A DNA stretch of 63,553 nucleotides, filler included, from Octopus bimaculoides (Eukaryota), in assembly GCF_001194135.2 (NCBI RefSeq). It is 6 parts of 6 records of this genome, joined end to end, with 100 filler letters (N's around TTAATTAATTAA, not from the genome) between each part and the next. Parts side by side here need not be neighbours in the genome. Positions count along the whole stretch, not along the records: positions 48,257 to 60,898 come from NC_068981.1; positions 60,999 to 63,553 come from NW_026395530.1; 4 more parts are not named here. One strand, written 5' to 3'. The notes beneath the pieces were generated by a model. The model was given only the letters and a program-made list of their open reading frames with translations, searched no databases and was not told the origin of the DNA. The position numbers and the translations under genes are program-made. This document shows, one piece after another, positions 50,198 through 61,900 of this stretch. Positions within the stretch are counted from its first letter, which is position 1; every line of letters starts with the position of its first letter.

Positions 50198-50925
50198 TCA
50201 ATTGGTGAAGAACAGTTTCTTACAATCAATCCAGATATGTAATTCAGCTGATTCTGTCAATGATTTGGTGGATGAAATCTTTCCTAATCTTCATAATTAC
50301 AGCAATACAGATTGGACCTGTGAGCGAGCTATCCTGACTCCTAAAATCTTGCTGTACATGGCATTAATAATATGCTATTGAGTAAACTTCCGGGAGAAGT
50401 ATTCACTTATAACTCAATTTACAGGGTTGTTGATGATCAGGATATTGTTAACTACCCCGTCAAATTTTTGAACTCCCTAGAACCACCAGGTACAGCTCCT
50501 CATTGTCTTAAGCTGAAAAAATGGATTCCTACTATGCTATTATATAATTTATCCTAACCAAAATTATGCAATGGCGCAAGATTAATTGTGCACAAACTCA
50601 TGAGGAACAGTATTGGGGAAAATATTCTCATTGCTTGTGGTTAAGGTAAGACCGTCTACATTCCTCGCATACCAGTTATACCATCTAATGTCCCATTCCA
50701 ATTTAAGCGGTTACAGTTTTCTATCCGCGTTTCTTTTGCAATGAGCATTAATAAAAGTTCGGGCCAAACACTACAAGTTGATGGACTGCAACTTGAAGAA
50801 CCATGATTTTCACACGGCCAACTTTATGTAGAGGCATCATGTGTAGGAGCAAAAGTAAATCTTTTTGCTTATGCACCCCGAAATAAAACAAAAACCATTG
50901 TTTATAAAGAAATATTCACTCTTAA
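50198..50925 (+). mobile_element. Helitron PIF1-like helicase C-terminal relic (stops and frameshifts)
   Basis: Peptides ERAILTPK, YPVKFLNSLEPPGTAPHCLKLK, KLCNGARL, IPRIPVIPSNVPFQFKRLQF.IRVSFAMSINKS.GQTL and FSHGQLYV are typical Helitron helicase motifs. Confidence 0.92.
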
Positions 50926-51148
50926 TGCAACAGGAATACTTCAATAACTTAATTTACCATTACTATCATTACATTCAAGAATGAGTAAATTACCTATTTA
51001 AATGATCTGCATTATATAATTGCCATTGCTGTACTGATAAATAAAATAACACACACAGTTCATTATTATCATATAATAAACAAACAGAAGTTTATGTATG
51101 AAACTGATCTTTTCTCTACTTCAATTATTACGTTTTTCTCTTATAGAA

Positions 51149-51789
51149 ATACTAGCAGCTAAGCCCAGTTTCACCCGGTCGGTTTGGATGATGTAGCTGT
51201 AAAACCTGCTCTGAGTAAGCATTCGACTTGTTTGGGCCCGCTTACGTTAAAAAACAATTTTAGAATGACTTTTTTTCTGTCAAAACGCTAAAAATAACTG
51301 ACTAACACAAAAAAAAAAACCAAGATTCAACCGAATCAAAAAATAAATCCAAATACTAAGCGAACAAAGATGAACCATCCCACTTCTATTGCGTGCGCAC
51401 ACGCACACACACATACACACATTCACATACCCCCATTTTATATACATACACATATATCCACACAGAGTTGAAACGCTGCTTAATTTATTTTTTAGCGTAC
51501 AATTTTCATCATCCCACTACCAAGTATGGCATCACCTCTTCATTCATAAACACAAGAGTATTATTATAGTGGATTATCTTGGTAACCATGGGAGCTATGA
51601 AAAAAATATGACATCATCCCTTCCTTATTCATCTATCACCCCTTCCTTTCTCATTCATAAACACACTTTTCTCTTATCAAGATAGACACATACAGGAGGA
51701 GTAAATTAAATATGTAATAATACTTTGAATGTGTTTCCCGAGAAACAGTAAAAGTAATCACCCGATCAACGACGTGTATTACCGCTAGT
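51149..51789. mobile_element. Non-coding Helitron segment with hairpin+CTAG 3'-type termini in both orientations
   Basis: Left end atactagcagctaagcccagtttcacccggtc is a minus-strand CTAG end. Right end cccgatcaacgacgtgtattaccgctagt is a plus-strand decayed hairpin plus CTAG. Confidence 0.55.
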
Positions 51790-52154
51790 ATATATACAGA
51801 GAGAAAGAGAGAGGTGGGGACAAACAGACAGAACTGTTATATCTAGCAAGAAGAAGAGATGCCTGGAATGTCCTCACTGTGTCATGCATCTATTCGTAAT
51901 TGCCGTTGCTGGACCCCAGTACATCTCTGATCTATTAAATCTATGATCAATGACTATCACAACGTGGTCAACTCTTCCAACCATTTCTCGATTGAAGACA
52001 TTTTTGGATGCTATGTTTGGTAAACCAAACGTTAGAATAAAAACCATCGCTGCAGGGACCAAATGCAAGCGTATCGGAAAATGTGTAACTGTACATTTTC
52101 CGAGAGATTGGGTCATTAATTTTCCAAATTCATAGATAAACAAATTAAATCATT

Positions 52155-52370
52155 TTGATTTCAAATTTTGACTCAAAGCCAGCAGCTTTGGAGAAGAGGC
52201 TGAGTCGATTAGATCGCTTCCAGTGTTAAACTGGTACTTATTTTTATCGAGCCCGAAAGTATAAAAGGCAAATTCAACCCCGGCGAACTTTGAATTTTGA
52301 ACGTAAAAGACGGGCGAAATGCCGTTTAGCATTTTGACCAGCGTGCTAAAATTTCTGCCAGCTCGCCATC
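52155..52370 (-). mobile_element. SINE family B, CpG-retaining (other minus copies at about 56690-56840 and 60068-60197)
   Basis: Reverse complement of the family B pattern ending ctgccagctcgcc. Confidence 0.85.
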
Positions 52371-54760
52371 TTTTGCAAATTAAATAATAAGCTACTTCTT
52401 TTTGACTTATATTAATTTACGCATCTATTTGTTTTCGTATGTTTTATCTAAGTAATTTCCTCAGAGCAGTTTCAAATTTCCACTCCTATGGAAACTTGAC
52501 CGCGGACGAGAATTTTCCGATTCTAATATAGTCATTCTTAAGCTGACATCTTTAATGCCATTCTAGTTTGCAATATTGTAGAATACAAATTGTATATTGT
52601 AGTATACACAATTTACCGTCTGTATCCAGTATTTAGAACAAGTGCACTTTTAAGGGAGACGACTAAAAAAAAAAGGGGTTAGCAGCAGATCCGTAAGACA
52701 ATGCAGGAGTAACGCAAAAAATTCACGCCAGCATGTAAAATCGGGCGTAAAAAGTTGGTGACGACGACGAGAACGACAATGATGATGATGATGATGATGA
52801 TTATGATGATGATGACGATGATGATGACGACGACGACAACGATGACGCCGTCGATGATGATAATTGTGAATGTAATATAGGAATTATAGCACGACATAGC
52901 CGTCACAGATAAGATTTGGTCTCAGTATTGAAAATAATAGGCGGAAAGTAAATACTGACTGCAACTTACCTAATCTAGAACTCCCATTGCAATAGCTACC
53001 ACCACCGTTACTACTACCACCACTACTCCCACCACCGTTACTACTACCACCACTACTACCACCACCGTTACTACTACTACAACGACCACCTCAGTCATCT
53101 CCATTCCATACCCACTTTACTACTACCTCGCTCCACCGTATTGTCAATTGAAATAAATTGAAATTGCAGATGTTTCGCCGAAGCAACTGGATTAAGCTAA
53201 CACCTCAGCTGGACAAAGCAGTGAGGCGTTCTCACTGATGATCTCCGAGGACAACAAAAACAGATATTTACCCGGTTCGGTTCACTCTTCACTCTTCACT
53301 CCCCGCTTAGTGTTTGACACTGGTCATAAATCGTCACAGATGCTGGCATACTGTTAACATCAATATATTGGTACTGTTCTGGAGTGTCTATGAAAATTTA
53401 ATTTCCGACCTATCGATTATTGAGTGTGTATCTGTATGCGACAATGTGTTTTTAGTTTTCTGAAAGAGTGTATGTGTGTATGTGTATGTATGTATGTATG
53501 TATGTATGTATGTATGTATGTATGTATGTATGTATGTATGTCTATGCATGTATATGTGCGTAAGTGTCGCTGTGTGCGTACATTCATACATATTACGTAT
53601 ACACACACATGCATGCAAATATACATACATATATATATGTATATAAAGNNNNNNNNNNNNNNNNNNNNNNNNNNNNNNNNNNNNNNNNNNNNNNNNNNNN
53701 NNNNNNNNNNNNNNNNNNNNNNNNNNNNNNNNNNNNNNNNNNNNNNNNNNNNNNNNNNNNNNNNNNNNNNNNNNNNNNNNNNNNNNNNNNNNNNNNNNNN
53801 NNNNNNNNNNNNNNNNNNNNNNNNNNNNNNNNNNNNNNNNNNNNNNNNNNNNNNNNNNNNNNNNNNNNNNNNNNNNNNNNNNNNNNNNNNNNNNNNNNNN
53901 NNNNNNNNNNNNNNNNNNNNNNNNNNNNNNNNNNNNNNNNNNNNNNNNNNNNNNNNNNNNNNNNNNNNNNNNNNNNNNNNNNNNNNNNNNNNNNNNNNNN
54001 NNNNNNNNNNNNNNNNNNNNNNNNNNNNNNNNNNNNNNNNNNNNNNNNNNNNNNNNNNNNNNNNNNNNNNNNNNNNNNNNNATGCATGGATACAAAACAT
54101 ACACTTTGCAAACACATACAAAACTACAAATGCATGTATAAACAGAGAAACAACCACCTATAGAGATCTATTCTACATACTCACATAATTAGATAAACTG
54201 AGACCCACATACATCTAGGTATGCTAACACACGCACACACACACACGCATACACACACGCAATTACATGCAAAGAAATACACGCATATACATATAGATAC
54301 ATACACTCGCACACAGAATATTACAGACCCATGCATACACACATACCCAGACAGAGACATACATATGGAAACTTATACAAACACTCGTAGAGATAAGCAC
54401 ACACAAAATACAAATAAATATATACATCGCATAAATACACACCCATAAATAACATTATTCAGACACACATAATCACTAATGTGTTAGGAAATATAGCACA
54501 CACATAGACACAAACACACAAAGACACACACACTCACACATCACTGTATAGTGTTTACTGTTTTAACTCTCCTATTCATCGGCCATAGCCATGCTGGGGC
54601 GCCGCCATTAGTGTTCTTATTTATTTCCACTTTCTTTTCGTGCTTCGTTTTGCTAAATGGGAGAGTTGGATATCATCGCTCTCTTTTGTGTTTCTTGTTG
54701 TGACGTATGTTCATCTGGAATCTCTGATAATAAAAAAAGACAATAATAATAATAATAAGC

Positions 54761-54821
<61 letters not shown>

Positions 54822-54947
54822 TCATAAAGCTTGCTTATTTTTGTAATGCATTTACATGTACGCCTTACAGGTCTCTTAGATTTTTAGGCAATGTATTGAA
54901 AGGTCTTGGTTGTGCCAATCTGAAACTGTTAGAGAATCAGATTATTT

Positions 54948-55440
54948 GTAATGTTATTATCTGTCCGAATATGATCCAGACATGTTCGAACTGGAGAACA
55001 AGCTACTTACTATGTTTTGTCACGGAAAATATATCCAGTTTGTTAACAAATGGTGTGTATACACCTAGATCAGCTCGCAGCTCCACCCATCCAGACTGTA
55101 AGTTTGCTAGCATTTCGGAGTCGTTATCTCCTCCCTGGTCACAAACACCAGGCAGGCGGCGCTACGAGCTGATTGAAGAGGTTGACTTTCTTATACTTTT
55201 TCACTCACTATACGGTGACTGGTAACGCAATACGGCGCACAAGTGTGTCAATCTCATCAATCAGCTCGTAGCGCTGCAGCCTCGTGTCTGTGACTGAAGA
55301 GGAGATAACTACTCCGAATTGCTAGCATCTAACAGTCTTTGTAGGTGGAGCTGTTAGCTGATCTAGGTGTTTATACACCATTTGTCTAGAAACGGGATTC
55401 GAGCGTCCATCAAACATATTCGGACTAATAATAGCATTAC
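54948..55440. repeat. Long imperfect palindrome (foldback/MITE-like element)
   Basis: Arm 55046-55186 is the reverse complement of arm 55247-55385 with scattered mismatches. Outer matches are gtaatgttattatctgtccgaatatg and catattcggactaataatagcattac. Confidence 0.9.
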
Positions 55441-55639
55441 AATTTTACTTATCACTACTTAGCGCTCTGTAATCATGTTATTATTCTACATGGAGAGGAT
55501 GGGATCTTTGGTACTATATCGTAGCCTCCAGTTCCGTCGATTATACAGCCTTCAATTACAAAATTTCAAACTATCCCACCCCTCCAAGGACCTTCCATAT
55601 ATATAAAATGGGTAAATACACACTTCAGTTATTAATAAC

Positions 55640-55944
55640 AATGAGATTGCACCTAGAAATTTACCATCCCAGGCACAAGTCCGCGCAAAGTTATTTATGG
55701 AAGACCAGCAGTCGCCCATACATACCAGCCTCCTTCTCCACGCCTCCAATGTCATCTAAGGAAAAGGCAAAGACTAATACAGCTTGGCACTAGTGATGTC
55801 GCAACTCATTACTGCAGGGGAGGGAACTGGAGCAATGTGAAATAAAGTGTCTTGCTCAAGAACGCAACACAGCACCCAGTCCGGGAATCGAACTCACTAC
55901 CTCATGATTCTGAACCCGACGCTCTAAGCACCGAGCCATGCGCC

Positions 55945-55948
<4 letters not shown>
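55640..55948 (-). mobile_element. SINE family D
   Basis: actggagcaatgtgaaataaagtgtcttgctcaag...gggaatcgaactc...gagccatgcgccttca. Confidence 0.78.
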
Positions 55949-55985
<37 letters not shown>

Positions 55986-56077
55986 GTGTTTCTCAGTTTC
56001 ACACACTTATTTGTCAGGCAGTTTTGATCATATTTTTTTTTTATAGTTTCAGCTCAGAGCTGCGGCCATGCTGATGC

Positions 56078-56122
<45 letters not shown>

Positions 56123-56267
56123 CATATANNNNNNNNNNNNNNNNNNNNNNNNNNNNNNNNNNNNNNNNNNNNNNNNNNNNNNNNNNNNNNNNNNNNNNNN
56201 NNNNNNNNNNNNNNNNNNNNNNNNNNNNNNNNNNNNNNNNNNNNNNNNNNNNNNNNNNNNNNNNNNN

Positions 56268-56470
56268 TGACACTTATTCGGTAGCCATGATAAAACTCCG
56301 AGTTTCGGATGCCGGGGTGGGAACCCACGCTCCCACCCCACCATCCGAAACTCGGAGTTTTATCATGGCTACCGAATAAGTGTCACATATTTTTACAGAT
56401 AAATTCCTCCATTTATATAATATCGAGGTCTCTTCTTTTCTTTTGTTGTCCTTTCTATCAATATATATTT
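56268..56470. mobile_element. Head-to-head inverted pair of family C Penelope-like repeats
   Basis: Perfect 44-bp inverted arms at 56268-56311 and 56342-56385. The plus copy continues to 56470, collinear with 18570-18700. Confidence 0.75.
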
Positions 56471-56483
56471 ATATATATATATA

Positions 56484-56620
56484 TACAAGGGGGTACCCAA
56501 AAGTAACCGAGAACGTTCTCTTTGAAACAAGACAGTTGTAGTTCAGGCTTCCGCCGCTAGAAGCCACTTGATGTGACCCTCAGGCATCAGTCTACCGACC
56601 GGCGTTGTTCTGTTTGATCG
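56484..56620 (+). mobile_element. Possible mariner 5' end fragment
   Basis: ta-caaggggggtacccaaaagtaacc resembles a mariner TIR (tacgaggg..ccaaaagt). No coding region was seen. Confidence 0.35.
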
Positions 56621-56879
56621 TACTTCCACGTGCATTATATTGGACGTATACATATTTGTTACTGAATCATCCTTTCTTACTGTAAGGCATAAAGCCTGAA
56701 ATTTGAGGGAAAGAGCAAGTTGATTACATCGACCCAGTGTTCAACTGATTTTTTATTTTATCGTATTGACACACCGGAAGAATGATAGACAAAATAGACC
56801 TCGGCAGAATCTGAACTCAGAACTCCACCAGCTCACCGCTATATGAATTTTACTAAATAACATTAATAAATATTTGTTG

Positions 56880-57261
56880 TTGGCACTCCGTCTCTTACGA
56901 TGTCGAGGGTTCCATTTTGATCTAATCAATGGAACAGCCTGCTCGTGAAATTAACGTGCAAATAGCTGAGCACTCCACAGACACGTGTACCCTTAACGTA
57001 GTTCCCGGGGATATTCAGCGTGACATAGTGTTACAAGGCTGGCCGTTTGAAAATACAGGTACAACAGAAACAGGAACAAAGAGTGAGAGAAAGGTGTGGT
57101 GAAAGAGTACAGCAGGGTTCATCACCATTCCCTGCCGGAGACTCGTGGAGCTTTAGGTGTTTTCGTTCAATAAACAATCACAACGCCCGGTCTGGGGATC
57201 GAAACCGCGATCCTATGACCGCGAGTCCGCTGTCCTAACCACTGGGCCATTGCGCCTTCAC
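56880..57261 (-). mobile_element. SINE family C (tRNA-derived head), near full length
   Basis: Reverse complement of 58908-59293. The head reads ggcgcaatggcccagtggttagg...ggtttcgatcccc. Confidence 0.9.
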
Positions 57262-57539
57262 TTTAATAAATATTATAAGTAAGAATTCAGGAAATAAACA
57301 ATAGGAGGTCAAACTGAATCCTCTATTTAATTGCTGTATCGCGTTAGATTCATTTAGGTTCCGGGTTCAGATCCCACGTGGCTCATATTGATGGACCAGT
57401 CAGAGTCAAGGCGTCTATGAACTTACAATTTCCTTGTATATAGCAAGCAGCATATCCTCTCAATTAGTCCCTTGAAATAATATTTTGTAAGTGTTTATAC
57501 ATTTTACATAATTCTTGCAATGATCGTAACATTTTTTAT

Positions 57540-57606
<67 letters not shown>

Positions 57607-58074
57607 AATAATCCAAATAAACAGATAAAATTCTTCGGGTTTTGATATAAAGAATATATACATACATGTATACGTGTGAGCAAAGAAAAAGCAGAGACTG
57701 AAAGATTTTCCGATGATTAACATTGAAGTACACATATGTATATGTAATAGAGCAGTCTTACTCATATTACAGACTCAAAGAATTAGAGGGGAGAACGTAT
57801 ACATTCCTCCCCCCCCCACCGCAGTCTTTGCTATTTCTTTGTTCACATGTATACATGTATAAATATTCTATATATCAAACCCAAGGAATCTTATCTGTTT
57901 ATTTGCATAATTGTCTCTATATCTGCTCACTTGAATTCCCCTTATAGACACGCTTTACCCCTCTGACTTGATCCACGGTGATAATTTCGGAGTGTACGTT
58001 CAAATCTTTTGAGCACTGCTAAGTGTTCTGTATATAGAGATTCTCTCAGTTTCATCTGTTAAGTAGATATATAT

Positions 58075-58225
58075 AGGCGTGGGCGTGGCTGTGTGTTAAG
58101 AAGCTGGCTTCCCAATCACATGGTTCCGGGTTCAGTTCCACTGCGTGGTACCTTGGGCAAGTTTCTTCTACCAAAGCCTTGTCAGTGGATTTGGTAGACG
58201 GAAACTGAAAGAAGCCTGTAGTATA

Positions 58226-58275
<50 letters not shown>

Positions 58276-58474
58276 GTATATGTATATATATATGAATATA
58301 TTTGTGCGTTTGTGTCTGTGTTTGCCCTTCCGCCATCGCTTGACAACCGATGTTGGTGTGTTTACGTCCCAGTAATCTAGTGGTTCGGTAAAAAAGACCG
58401 AAAGAATAAGTCCAAGGCGGTGCTCCAGCATGGCCACTGTCAAAATGACTGAAAGAAGTAAAAGAGTGAAAGAG
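58075..58474 (+). mobile_element. SINE family A (small internal deletions)
   Basis: Same head, core and tail motifs as the other copies. Confidence 0.88.
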
Positions 58475-58907
58475 TACATATATATATATGTACATGCACA
58501 CACGTACATATGCGTTTGTTTTGGGGTGTGCATGTCTTTAGATTACAAAGCTATTCGCACACACACACACCTACGTGAACATATAATTCATACATGCCCG
58601 TATGCATTGCCTGATGCACTGATAAATAAGCACACCCGAACTTCCTTAATCAGATATTCTCAGAATGGTGTCGCATTAATGAAAAACAAGACCTAAGCTC
58701 CACAAACATTTTCAGCGTCTCCTTACCTCCATTAAAATTAGTTTTTATCGTTGTCGTTGTTGTCGTCATCATCATCATCATCATTACTTTCACTGCCATC
58801 ACCACCACCACCAAAACCACCATCGTCATCATCAACCTCGTAATCATCATCATCATCATTATTGTCAACATCACTACCGCTACATAAGAACTACCACCAC
58901 CACCACC

Positions 58908-59293
58908 GTGGAGGTGCAATGGCACAGTGGTTAGGGCAGCGTACTCGCGGTCGTAGGATAGCGGTTTCGATTCCCAGACCGGGCGTTGTGAGTGTTTATT
59001 GAGCGAAAACACCTAAAGTTCCACAAGGCTCCAGCAGGGGATGGTGGCGAACCCTACTGTGCTCTTTCACCACAACTTTCTCTCACCCTTTCTTTCTGTT
59101 TCTGTTGTACCTGTATTTCAAAGGACCAGCCTTGTCACACTCTGCCTCACGCTGAATCTCCCCGAGAACTATGCTAAGGGTACACGTGTCTGTGGAGTGC
59201 TCAGCCACTTAATTTTCACGTTAATTTCACGAGCAAGCTCTTCCGTTGATCGGATCAACTGGAATACTCGTCGTCGTAACCGAGGGAGTGCCT
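58908..59293 (+). mobile_element. SINE family C, near full length
   Basis: A-box-like tggcacagtgg and B-box-like ggtttcgattcc. The body is collinear with the minus copy. Confidence 0.9.
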
Positions 59294-60259
59294 ACCACCA
59301 CCACCACCACCACCACCATCACAAATACCATCATCATTATTTTTATGAACACAACAAATACTGGCAGCATCGTAATCATCATTATCATCAACAACAACAA
59401 CTTTATTATCTTTTATTATTTATTTATTTATTTTTTTTTACTTGTTTCAGTCACTAGACTGCTACCGTGCTGGGACACTGGCTTGAACAAATTTAGTCCA
59501 GCGAATCGACCCCAGTACTAAAAAAAAAAATCAAAGGTCCTTTCTGTGGCATGGGCTCATAAGGCCAGCTTCCTATATTCTGTGGCGTGTATGTCTCCTC
59601 CCTGGACGGGACGCCAGTCCATCGCAGCATTACTCAGTTTTGCCAGTTGAATAACCTGGAGCAAAATAAACTAATGTTTTGTTTAAGAACACAATGCAGT
59701 GGCTTGTAGAGGAATCGAAACCACAGTTTTGTGATTATAAGTTCAGCAACCTAACCACTAAGTCACGCACCTCCACCCGCACAACGCATAACCTAGGCAT
59801 AAACCATCCAATAAAATATATGTAATCGACACACGAGACCCAATAACACATCAAAACAAACCACACCTCAAAGAAACGTACGTAGTATACTAGTGTTAAT
59901 CTATGACCTGAAAAGCCAATATTGCATACATCTCAGGTACACTAGATATTGCGGGGGAACTTCTCAAAACATTATGATGTTTAACGACAAATCCACCACC
60001 ACCAGCAACAACAGCAACAACAAAAATAACAAAACAACAACAGCAACAATAAAAATAATAGAAATAATAATGGTTTCAGATTTTGCTACTAAGGCAGCAG
60101 TTTGAGGGTGGGGGAGATGAGTTGATTACATCGACCCCAGTGGTACTTATTCTATCGAACCCCAAAGGACGAAAGGCAAAGTCGACCTCGGCGGAATAAT
60201 AATAGTAATAATAAATACCCTGGTGCAGTACCAGGCACTGTGATATTATCTGTGATATT

Positions 60260-60764
60260 ATCTGATTGCAAATGTTATCATTTAGATAATTTTTCTTGGT
60301 ATAAAATATGGGCTACAGCAAATATTCTGCTCAACGCCATAGATTTGCTTGTCAGGTGTTTGACCTTAACCAGTTGAGCATGTCCTTTGGTGCCTGACGG
60401 GATGTGCATCTCTGATCACGAGCAGAAGTAGTGGAGGAGCATCATAGCCCCATGTTGAAAGGAATTTTGTGGAGTTTGAATAACTCACATCTGGAAACAT
60501 GGGTGTTTTATTCAATATCCTTAAACAACCGCTCAGGGACATTTTGAGCGGGATGAGCTACTCGACCTAAAAAAAATTCTAACTGAGCCTCACCTGAAAA
60601 ATCATGCGTTGTTTATCTTGATGTGAGATCAACATGTCGCGCACATATGGTTGTGATGAATGTGCCTGGTGTACACTTATCGGACGGGTAGTCATGATGG
60701 GTATACTGGGCTTCGTATATTTCACCGAAGTGTCACTTTGATGGTATACATTGCTCTCTCACAC

Positions 60765-60836
<72 letters not shown>

Positions 60837-60837
60837 T
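60260..60837 (+). mobile_element. Unclassified dispersed-type element ending in a long (AAT)n tail
   Basis: About 500 bp of complex sequence ending ...ctctctcacac followed by (aat)n. No ORF. The class is not determined. Confidence 0.4.
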
Positions 60838-61470
60838 AATTCGTTTTATTGGCCACAAGGGCTAATATCAATTAAAAACATATAAGGACAAAGACAGGNN
60901 NNNNNNNNNNNNNNNNNNNNNNNNNNNNNNNNNNNNNNNNNNTTAATTAATTAANNNNNNNNNNNNNNNNNNNNNNNNNNNNNNNNNNNNNNNNNNNNCT
61001 TACTAGGGAATAATGATATAATTAAACAGGGAATAACACACTTCACACTGGCAAAAATTTATTGTTTATAAAAAGAGCACTAACTGTATTCGGCTGAATG
61101 GACGTCAGTGATTGGTTGAAATTACAGAAATANNNNNNNNNNNNNNNNNNNNNNNNNNNNNNNNNNNNNNNNNNNNNNNNNNNNNNNNNNNNNNNNNNNN
61201 NNNNNNNNNNNNNNNNNNNNNNNNNNNNNNNNNNNNNNNNNNNNNNNNNNNNNAAGTGTTTCGTTAAGAAAACAAGTGTTGCCCGTCAAACCCCAAAGAT
61301 CCAAGGAGGATTTACAAATATTCTCTTATAGATGGCCTAACATCATGCTAAAAATGACAACCAAATACTCTGAAATGTGTATCGTTTTTCATAAAAAAAT
61401 GAAGGACACTTTCAGAAGCAACTCTAAAAATATTGTCCTGTAGGTGGTTTAAGNNNNNNNNNNAATCTTA

Positions 61471-61900
61471 TCTTATATATAATAAACGTGAAGTTCTGTG
61501 TCTGTGAAGCCTTTTTAAAAGTTTATTGAAATCCACATTTTCCACTTTTTCATAAAATTTTTTACATCAATGGAATTNNNNNNNNNNCTTTTTCATAAAA
61601 TTTTTTACATCAATGGAATTTTCTCGATGTGAACTTTTCAGAATATAACTCATGTTCGTCAATATTTTGTAAATATACTACGATTTTCACTGGAGTGTTA
61701 GGGTCAGGGTTAGGGTTTTAAGGTTAAGGTTAGGGTTAGGGTTAGGGCTAGGGTTAGTGTTATGGTTACGGTTTTAGGGTCAGGTATAGGGTTAGGGTTT
61801 GGGGTTAGGTTTAGGGTATTNNNNNNNNNNGGTTAGGGTTGGGTAATCGTGTGGGTGTTAATCTGAAAAATTACAGAAATATGAAAAGTACCGACCCTGC
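61471..61900 (+). mobile_element. Probable non-autonomous Helitron-like element (5' TC terminus) including a degenerate (TTAGGG)n tract
   Basis: a^tcttatatataataaacgtgaagttctgtgtctgtgaagcc at 61471 has a similar start at 62662 (a^tcttaatatataaatctgaagttgtgtg). The region is interrupted by gaps. Confidence 0.45.
61696..61845 (+). repeat. Degenerate interstitial telomeric-type repeat (TTAGGG and variants)
   Basis: About 20 hexamers including ttagggttagggttagggctaggg at 61730-61753. Confidence 0.9.

Noticed and set aside
51874-52143. Overlapping 60-89 aa ORFs of ordinary composition
   Set aside because: No recognisable domain or splice structure; cannot be supported without a database search.
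53200-53240. Plus-strand PQLDKAV resembling the bHLH motif SQLDKAS
   Set aside because: Wrong strand for trh, bounded by nearby stops, and no flanking bHLH similarity.
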